Of a stretch of 9,498 nt of DNA, positions 1-8,584 are shown piece after piece. Each line of letters starts with the position of its first letter. The stretch's first letter is position 1. The notes under the pieces are model-generated. The model had not been told where the DNA came from and searched no databases. It saw nothing but the letters and a program-made list of their open reading frames with translations. The translations under genes were made by a program, and so were the position numbers. Origin of the DNA: Geosiphon pyriformis uo1 (taxonomy: Eukaryota > Fungi > Glomeromycota); contig JAAOMT010000530.1 in the NCBI GenBank assembly GCA_016748015.1, positions 39,067-48,564 on the forward strand. The letters are read 5' to 3'.

Positions 1-153
1 CCTGGCATGGAGGATGCAGTCTTTATTGGATCAAATAGTATTCCGTTAGAGATAATTCTTTAATTTATTTATTCAATGTTAAAAGCGCTATGCGACCTAT
101 TGGTAGACGTTTGTCTTTCAATAATAAAATTAAAGTCCTAATACCCGCCTGTA
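1..153 (+). mobile_element. Second copy of the Tc1 relic 3' end, inside the left repeat arm
   Basis: Frame 1 reads PGMEDAVFIGSNSIPLEIIL*FIYSMLK, and a candidate end ...ATACCCGCCTG|TA lies at 141-153. It is identical to the copy at 4485-4637. Confidence 0.75.
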
Positions 154-355
154 TGATATATACAATTTAGTTTGATGTTAAAACTACGAGCTTTATTCTT
201 TCAAATACAGATACCATTTTCAGATAATTTTGCATAGTGATGAAATTAATTAGTATATATATTCATAATTATAGATTGAGGTTTTAATTATTGAATTCTT
301 TTATAAAACCTCTCATAAAAATATAAACCATTCTGTTTTTAACTTTCTTGCCGAT
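1..355 (+). repeat. Left arm of a perfect long inverted repeat (>=355 bp, truncated by the window start)
   Basis: Compared by eye in 60-bp blocks, 1-355 is the exact reverse complement of 4283-4637 (paired positions sum to 4638), with no mismatch found. Pairing stops at 356/4282. Confidence 0.98.
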
Positions 356-631
356 AGGTTTTAAAAACAACGAGATCAAATTAAATATCTCTTATAAACC
401 TATTTTCAAAGGTAAAATTTAGTTATATATTTTATATAGTTGAAAAACGCGTATTTACACTAAAGTGGAAACGAAGTCTGATACATCCTTTAAGTTTTCA
501 AATGTTTAAAAAGTTTAAATATAAATAATTTAAAAGGGAGCAAATTTATAATAACAAGCATAAGAATAAATATAAATAAGAGTAATTCTTATAAAAATCT
601 ACAAGAAAACTTAATATAAAATATAATAATT

Positions 632-2538
632 CTAAAACCCAATTTTTATATCCCCACTAGTCGAATTTGCAATTAGGCTTGAATCAAGATTTTCAATTCC
701 TACAGTATCAAGAGTTCCAAATGTTATGTTGGTTTTTTGCTTTTGAAAACTTTTGGCATCTGGGTATTTGATAAAAATATCACCCCTTTTTGTTGTTAGA
801 TTGTATATACCCGAAAAAGTATGGTTATCCTGCGAAGAATTTTTAAATTTAATTATTAGGAATATTTTAGATAATTTGGAAATAAAAATTCATAAAATAA
901 AATATCCCTCTTACAAATTTAAAGGATAAATCTCCTCTCTCTGTTTTAGCTGTTATTCTAGGGGATCCTTTACCATTAATGGCTTTGATAAAAAGGTCAA
1001 TATAATTTCCTTCGCTATTGCTTGCGTATAACTCATTTTGAATTTCAGCGATGCTTCCAGTCATATTTCCACCTTCCTCTATTTCTAAGGAAACAGAACG
1101 AGCTGATAAATCCTAATTTAATTAAATCATTATTTAGAAAGTGAATTTTTAATTTTGGCAATAATTTACTATGAAAATTTTTAATACTTACATAAACCTT
1201 GATATTTCCATTAATTGCTTTAATGTTTAGTCCAGAATGATTATAGATTGCAAGGTTTTTCATTATGTTCACATTGAAATTTTTGATTTTCAAATTTGTT
1301 ATGGTGTTTTGAGGGTCTTTTAGCTCAATTGGAAGATGAATATCTATATTAATGCTTGCACATCTACGTAATAATGTATCTATACTAAGCCAGCTATTCC
1401 CAGTGTCCGAAACGCTTGGCAAATACTTTTTGTAAGCGTTATTTAAAAGTCTTATTAGATATTTAGTTTAATATTTAAATACATTTGATAAAATTTACTT
1501 ACAAAAGTTAATTCCTGCACATCTCTACCTTGAGAAAATTTATGTTTGAGGGCCTTTTTTTGAAGTGTAATCGATTTAAAATCAACTGTAATATTTGGTG
1601 TAGTCGCATTATTTTGATAAATAAAAACATTTCGGCTCTAATGAAGAAAGCAATTGAGTTTACTTAAAAATATTAATTTTTTTATATTTTAAAGAAATTG
1701 ATTTTTTTTAGACTTACGATATAATTAGTACCAAATGCACTAATATCCAAATCCTTGAATATTAATGGATCATAATTCAAATGAGTTACAGGGCCGTTAG
1801 AAGGATTCAAATTATTGCATCGACGCTGAATGATCGAAAGCGGAATCTGTATAAAGTAATGGTTAAAAATCGATTTATATAATGTTTACTTTTTTAATTG
1901 AAGCGTTCCCAATTTTACATACCCCAAAAATTAGCCAATATAATAGGTATAACATACATACAGCAAAATAAATAACAACTCCAATAACTAATATAATACC
2001 AACTATGGATAAGGCTATAGTTAATAAATAGAATAGGCCTTTGCCCATCATTTTAAAGAATTTGTAAAGATCTTCCAAAAAATTGATTAATATGTAAGCT
2101 TTGAATTTCTTGCATTTTAATAAAATTAAGGCGAGAGTGGTCTTCCACAATAAGGAGATATTTTTTCCAAACACCGTTAAGTAGTTTTTGTTTATGCGAG
2201 TGAAGAAGGATAAAAGTGCAGAGGTGAAGGTTAAAAAGAAGAGATTGATTATGCTATAGGTTCGTATAAATCTTTCTATGAAAGAATAAAGAAAGAAATT
2301 ATCTCAAAAGTTTTATTTTTACGAAAATAGATCGCACTTTAACTTTATTAATACCATAAATTTGTTTCTTGACTTTAATGTCTCCAATCAATCTCCTTGT
2401 GGAGGGGGCTTGCGAGCTTCTTGATCCATCATCAATGCTAGACGCGTTATCCGAAACGATAACTGAAATTTTTTCTTGGAGAGCATTTTCTTGGATGAAT
2501 TGGTCTTCAGCTAACGTATTTTTTTCATTCGTGTTCAT
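632..2538 (-). CDS. Seven-exon gene, 476 aa: membrane-anchored protein with a C-terminal beta-strand-repeat (DUF4097/putative adhesin-like) domain. Exons 2538-2355, 2275-1923, 1846-1718, 1637-1503, 1425-1192, 1112-915, 829-632
   Basis: Manual splicing gives six GT-AG introns of 79, 76, 80, 77, 79 and 85 nt (donors gtatta, gtatgt, gtaagt x3, gtaaga). They join into one 1431-nt frame from ATG (MNTNEK...) to TAG (...STSGDIKIGF*). There is a long hydrophobic segment (LFYLLTIALSIVGIILVIGVVIYFAVCMLYLLYWLIFG) and repeated xxGxI motifs (INGNIKV, TERGDLSF, TKRGDIFI, STSGDIKI). The family call is by motif recognition. The start codon and first intron are the least certain parts. Confidence 0.85.
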
Positions 2539-3406
2539 ATTTGATGCAAAAAAGTTTAATGCCTTGAAAACAAGTTTATATGAGCGGTTTAGCGATTCTT
2601 TGAACCTTCGCTTACAGATGGGATCCTTTTTATTATCGTACACAAAACTATAATCCTCTTTATTATTTCAAAAATGGTAGAATTTATAATAAACATAACT
2701 CTTTGATATTTTCTAAAAAGAAGTTTTGTAATATGGCAAAAAAAGGTTTCCATTCAGAACTTGCATATGTGGGAATATAAGTTATGCATTTTTTCATCTA
2801 TTCAAATCCACCTTCGCCAAAATTGTCAGATGTGTCTTAAACTACTGTATATAAGCATTAAGTTTAATTTAGAGATCTCACAATGACATGTCACACAAGT
2901 GTTGCAGCACTTTTAAAATGTGAAATATATTGAGGTGAAATATCCATTTATCCAAATTAGTATGAACAATAGAACAATATTGAATCTGCACTTTTTTTTC
3001 AAATTAATACGGAATTTATGATTTATCTTCCATATAGATTATGATGCAAATGCAAAAGGAAGGAAAAAAAGAACCATTTTCATTTCTTATCCAAATCGAA
3101 GCCCTTTTTGGACTTTCCGTCTGATACCGAATTAGTACGCATCTAAAAGTAAATTAAATCAAATCAAGTGATAAAAAGAAAAAAATCGAAATCGAAAATT
3201 CTACTAGTGGCAAAATTCATAATTACGGGCACATTATCCATTGCTCCTTTAAAAAGTCAAGAATTGGAAGAATCCAGTTTTGGATGATGTCAATAGAAAG
3301 AGGCTTGGTTAACCCTAATAATCCCCCCTACTGCATATTTAGCTATGTTAGGTATACTATCTGCCGAATTTTTCTAAATTAATCACAGTGCATAAAGACT
3401 TATACT

Positions 3407-3523
3407 TTAGGTAATAACCAATGCACTGGAAATTACCCAAACACTATGACCAAAAAAAATTACTATTCCTTCCGCTACTAAATTCCCGATAATCCTGAGC
3501 AAAGCAACGGTAAGGATTAGTCT
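3407..3523 (-). pseudogene. Possible decayed membrane-protein (MFS-like) fragment
   Basis: The minus frame RLILTVALLRIIGNLVAEGIVIFFGHSVWVISSALVIT* resembles two TM helices. No intact gene model or diagnostic motif A could be built. Confidence 0.25.
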
Positions 3524-3639
3524 TTTGCTGTGCTAATACACTTTTTAGGGCAGTAACGCCAGTGATTTTGCCTAAATGGGACAAAAATATCATTATATTT
3601 TTTAATATCCAAAAATAATTAAATAATTTCAAAATGTCA

Positions 3640-4282
3640 AAATAGAATTTGTAAATAACATCCTAATTAAAGATTGAAATCAAGAATTGTGAGATGAAAT
3701 TAATTTTTGAAATTGGTTATATTCAATAGATAAATAAATAATAAAATTTTAGTAAGTAACGCACAATAAAGTATTTAAAAAAAAATTAAGAACAATTTAA
3801 AAATAAATAGAAAATTTGGAATATAAATTTTAACTTCATGTATTATGTAATTTTTAATAAATTGATTATTTTGTGATCAGAAAAATTTAATCTTAGCACA
3901 TACATATTTTAAGTATTTAAATAAAAGCAATTAATTTAATTTAAAATTTAGAATTACCTTAAGACTTTTGAAAATTGTATACAAATATTGCAACAAATAA
4001 CAGATTTGTATATATAATTTATAATTTAACAAACAAAATAATTAAAATTTTTGAATTATAATCTCATTTTTGTTATAAATTTCTAAAAAATAAATGTTAA
4101 TTTTAATAATTCGGTCTAATATAAAATTTAGTATAAAATGTAACATAATAATTTACTTTTAAAAGTTACATTAATTTTTAAATAATATAATTAAATATTT
4201 TGTTAAAAAATATTTTATTTCTCATAAATAAAACTTATATATTATAGAAGCCTAAATTAAAAAAAATAGTAGTAAGTAATTA
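3640..4282. other. Extremely AT-rich, CpG-poor block, probably a decayed repeat
   Basis: Visibly lower G+C than the flanks. I found only two CpG (near 3760 and 4112), and no ORF. The block ends at the inner edge of the right repeat arm. Confidence 0.6.
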
Positions 4283-4637
4283 ATCGGCAAGAAAGTTAAA
4301 AACAGAATGGTTTATATTTTTATGAGAGGTTTTATAAAAGAATTCAATAATTAAAACCTCAATCTATAATTATGAATATATATACTAATTAATTTCATCA
4401 CTATGCAAAATTATCTGAAAATGGTATCTGTATTTGAAAGAATAAAGCTCGTAGTTTTAACATCAAACTAAATTGTATATATCATACAGGCGGGTATTAG
4501 GACTTTAATTTTATTATTGAAAGACAAACGTCTACCAATAGGTCGCATAGCGCTTTTAACATTGAATAAATAAATTAAAGAATTATCTCTAACGGAATAC
4601 TATTTGATCCAATAAAGACTGCATCCTCCATGCCAGG
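4283..4637 (-). repeat. Right arm of the perfect long inverted repeat
   Basis: Starts ATCGGCAAGAAAG at 4283 and ends GCATCCTCCATGCCAGG at 4637, the reverse complement of 1-355. Confidence 0.98.
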
Positions 4638-4875
4638 TTCTGTTTGTGACTTTTGGTTTTGGTGAATCAAAGTTTTAACTTTCCTCCATATATTTTCTAT
4701 TAGACTAAGATCTGAAGATGGTCATTCCAAACTCACCATTCCAAGGTTATCTTGAAACTCTTTCAAAAGCTTGGACTCATGGATTGGAGCGTTATCTTCC
4801 CTGAATATTGCTTCTTTGGCGGTGATAATCATTGGTTTCCATATAGATTTTAACGATTGCTCGTATTGTATGGCT
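4487..4875 (-). mobile_element. Degenerate Tc1/mariner (DD34E-type, DDE_3) transposon 3' fragment
   Basis: The minus strand reads IFREDNAPIHESKLLKEFQDNLGMVSLE*PSSDLSLIENIWRKVK, matching FQQDNAPxH...WPxxSPDLNPIENxW. After a frameshift near 4675 it reads LLIHQNQKSQTEPGMEDAVFIGSNSIPLEIIL*FIYSM, matching the Tc1 C-terminal WxxIPxExIxxLIxSM pattern. A candidate terminus TA|CAGGCGGG lies at 4485-4494. Confidence 0.88.
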
Positions 4876-5940
4876 CCACCTCCATTATGTTGACTATATA
4901 ATAAATATGTATAAAAAATTTTATAAGCAAATATTATCAAATACATACAATTTAAAATTTACTTAATAAATGAAATATATCTTATGGCGTTTCTGGTACC
5001 AAATATTCATACTCCTTAATTCTTTAAGGGCTTCATTTTCAATTTGATTTCCTTTTGCAACGAAAGAAAGAGGATTTTAATAGCAGAATTCATAATTAAT
5101 AGTTTTAATGATTTTGAAAAATAGATGATTTTACACACCTGTGCATCGAGATCTGTATTTATATTTAATATTGTATTTTTTTAGTTACCCTAAAGTTCCG
5201 AGGGGTTACTTATTATGGTGGTTCGGACTTGACGGTTAAAAAACACGTTTGTTAAAAATGTAAATTTTTAACCAATTGACCTTCAATAAACCTCCTAGAT
5301 TGGAAACTCTTGGGGAGGTAATTTTCACAAATCCTATTGTTTATTGACACGACAATAAAAAAATCAAATTTTGGATGAATAAATCTTACTGGGTACTTTG
5401 AAAAATAAACTTTGGAAAAAGTATCTCATTTTTCAAATTATTAAAGCATGAAATTATAATGAATCTTCCTAATTCTAAAATACTATTAGAGGCGAAGATT
5501 GGAATTTTCAAATAGGATAGTCGTCAGTATAAAGATGATTCGATCGAAATTATTAAATGATTCGTTTGATCCCTGAGTCAAAGTATAATTTTAACCTCCT
5601 TATATCTTCCTTCTAAAGAAGGTGGCACAGAATTGTTCTTATTTAAGGTTGTCCTCCTATATATTTTGAAGAAGAATTCAATCTCGAGAATTCATAAACA
5701 TTTGATTTAGTTTGTGAGCAAGCCAAGATTATTGGAAACCTCTGCAAATGCGATCCTTTAAGAAAATTATTCCATTATCTTGACACTGTCTTGTGCAAGA
5801 AATATCTAATCAATCTTTCTTATTTTTGCAATCCTTTCTAATTTACAAGCCTTATATTGTGAGACTTGGAATGCGTTTTCCAATACATGCTTTAAAAGAA
5901 AAATTGGTTAGAATTAATGATTCAGAAGCAAAAAAAGACC

Positions 5941-6204
5941 CCAGGTCCAATTGAATCTCATCATGCAAATCTGAGGAGACTTTACAAATAAATTAGAATG
6001 GTAGTGGAAATACGATTGAATAAGAATCAAGGAGTTTATGTTTCAGCATTGAATTTGGCTGAAGAATCATGAAAAAACGAAGAAAAAGTTCTCTTCAATA
6101 TGGAATACTCACATGCATTGTTCAAACTAATTGCTGAACATGCCCGAGCCAAATGTTCAATTCAATCCCAAGAATTTTTAGATGTCACATGGGATGTGTA
6201 TTGA
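5941..6204 (+). pseudogene. Decayed coding fragment of unknown family
   Basis: One frame reads PGPIESHHANLRRLYK*IRMVVEIRLNKNQGVYVSALNLAEES*KNEEKVLFNMEYSHALFKLIAEHARAKCSIQSQEFLDVTWDVY*. It has only two internal stops in 88 codons and a protein-like composition. Confidence 0.35.
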
Positions 6205-6724
6205 AAATAACTGATAGTAATAATAATTATAATAATATTTTTTATTTAATTCGGAAAATTTTCTAACCTTGTTCAAAGGCAAAATCTTTTCTAAAGAATT
6301 TTCATAGGAAAAAAATGAATTTGACTGTTTCTGTAATTGAAAATCAAAAGTAGGTGCAGATTCTGATTCATGTCATTTTAAGTATTCTTTCTCAACATCT
6401 AATTATCATTAGGCAACATGCGACTACCGTAAACTAGTGATTGCCATGTAGCAAGATATCTTGGGAAGAGTGGATTGGCTAAAGAGGGATCAGCTAATAA
6501 AACATCTTTGAAATCCTCCATGTAAAAGATACGTTGAAAATCAACATGAATCAAATTGTGAAAATTTTAAAAGTGAGCTTTAGTTTTTTAAAATTATGTT
6601 CATATTTTTTTAATATTTAGCTTTTTAACTTCCAAATCTGCCAAGTAATTTAATGTGCTAAGAGTGATGAAGTAGGCAGGATTAAAAAATATCATTGCGA
6701 AACATCTTAGTACTTTTTGTTCCT

Positions 6725-6890
6725 TGCAGTATTGGATTCTGTTATAGATAATAGATAAGGAACGACAAAAAATCTAAACAAAGCATTCGAATTCTATTTG
6801 AATACAGTAGAGACAGGAAGTTTAGTTGTATAATACAATCTTGGACTTCGTTTTCATAATGGATCAGGAACAACAAAAAATTTAGAAATA
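6725..6890 (+). pseudogene. Sel1-like repeat (SLR) pseudogene fragment, about 1.5 repeats
   Basis: Reads CSIGFCYR**I / frameshift / GTTKNLNKAFEFYLNTVETGSLVV*YNLGLRFHNGSGTTKNLE. This matches the Sel1 consensus LGxCYxxGxGTxKDxxKAFEWYxKAAExGxxxAQYNLG, and is broken by stops and a frameshift near 6758. Confidence 0.88.
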
Positions 6891-7329
6891 AGCGGGAAAT
6901 TTAAGTTCACCAAAGAAACTTGGGAACTATGAAAAATTAAATCATTTCTGGTGATCAAGAAAAATTCTAATTTGAATTGAAATCAACTAGGGGAATCCAA
7001 ACACATTTGCCGATATTGGTTCGAAAATCGAAGGATTATTTTTATCAACACTGCTAAGAAATTTAAAAAAAAGCCTTAACCTGACATCAAAGATCACTAA
7101 ATATTTTCCTGACGATCTCATAGAGCTGTCCGCTTCTACCAGTAAATAAATTCTTTACTCTGGTCTAGCTTTTTAATATTTATTGTTAAAAACCCGCGTA
7201 GCTTTCATAATTCATACTTTAGCCACTCTTCTACTTTCTAATGTTAGTTTATAGCAGACAGAAGCATTTAGTATAGTCTGTTTTTTAGCTTTTCAAATAC
7301 TTTGGTGAATAAGAATTATGGATAAAAAG

Positions 7330-8580
7330 ATGCAAAATTTTATAGCAATTTTTTAACACAATCAATAAAAATTTATTGAATTAATTTATAATATCAAAAA
7401 TTGAATTTATAATTTTATATTATTTGCTTTAATAAAATAAGATTCAACTACTAGTTTAAAACTTTTGATGTGTATATTTTTAAATTAAGTGCAGCTTATA
7501 TACTTTTTAAATATGTTTAATTATTTAGATTTAAGTTAAGCATCAAAAATTTTCAATCCTCACAAATATTATAGTTACTTTAAATTTTATTAAAAAAATA
7601 ATAGTATAATATTAGATCTTTAAAAAGAAAGACCTAATTCTAACTTTACATATATTTGTTCTAAGCAAAATAACTTAAACAACTAAAAATTAAAACAATG
7701 ACGCAAATAAAACAGTGGCTTTGGTATAAAAAATTAAGCCAGAAAATTGGTTTAAATACAACAAACAGCTTAATAACAAAATTTAATAAGCCAGAAAAAG
7801 TGGCCTTTTATTTAAAAAATAATAATTTAAATATTAACATTTGCAATAATGTTAATATTCAGAAGTTTTTTTTACCAAATACAATTTTTCTTTAAAGTAT
7901 TAATCTCAAAAAAGCCATATAAAATATTTTTTCAAACTTGAAAATAATAATAATAATAGAATTAGATAACTATATATTTGAACAACAATATTACTAATTT
8001 TAAAAACTATACAGTCAAAAAGAAAATTAACCAAACCTTAAAAATATTATGTGAAACAATCACTTTTTTTGATTTAAAATAAAAAAGATCTGAATATTGT
8101 TTTTTTATATGAAAACTGACCAGTAAGCAAAAGCAGAATTAGCAGAATTAGCAGATTCAGATTCCTTAAAACAAACAAGAGCATATTGTTACAAGCCAGT
8201 AGGTTTTAACTTAACAGCAGAAACCTTTCAAGTATCTTTACTGAATATTTATTAAAAAGATTTTTTATATTATTGCACAGTAAAAACTTAAACATCATTT
8301 AAAATCTTTAATTTGAAGTTATAGAAAAACACAAATATCTATTTAAAAGTTGTAGAATATTAGCTCAAGAGTATTTTATGATTTTGGTCTGTTATAAAAA
8401 ACCTAAACTTTAGAAATTATACGTTTAATAAAAAGTCTTTTTTCAAGTTTTAAAATAGATAAATGTTATTCTTTAACTTCATTGTAGGGCTTAAAAGAGT
8501 AGGCTATAAAATATACAGCCAGTGAAATTTTATTAAACAGCACAACCTTCAGACAATGTATAATTAAATTATATAAAAGC
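7330..8580. other. Very AT-rich, CpG-poor degraded region, possibly a hypermutated former ORF or TE
   Basis: Low G+C with only about two CpG seen (near 7702 and 8422). It includes the 65-aa ORF at 7698 and an in-frame 9-bp tandem repeat AGCAGAATT at 8132-8157. Confidence 0.45.
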
Positions 8581-8584
8581 AAAT

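Noticed and set aside
867-2643. Four separate small minus-strand ORFs as independent or frameshifted genes
   Set aside because: They are exons with intron read-through, joined by canonical GT-AG introns.
2369-2653. Plus-strand 94-aa ORF
   Set aside because: It is an antisense shadow of exon 1 of the spliced minus-strand gene and has no recognisable motif.
3444-3632. 62-aa minus-strand ORF as a gene
   Set aside because: It has a non-ATG start in AT-rich DNA and no motif, and an overlapping frame looks more protein-like.
1-4637. Autonomous TIR transposon or flip-flop mating-type locus
   Set aside because: The spacer has no transposase, homeodomain or HMG gene. The arms contain transposase coding relic, and no TSD can be assessed at the window edge.
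4722-4724. TGA as Trp (genetic code 4, e.g. a Mollicutes-related endobacterium)
   Set aside because: The same element has a TAA stop, a deletion and a frameshift, and the neighbouring gene has spliceosomal introns. A nonsense mutation is the simpler explanation.
5131-5143. TACACACCTGT as the matching 5' TIR of the Tc1 relic
   Set aside because: It matches TACCCGCCTGT at only 9 of 11 bases, lacks the terminal TA, and similarity does not extend.
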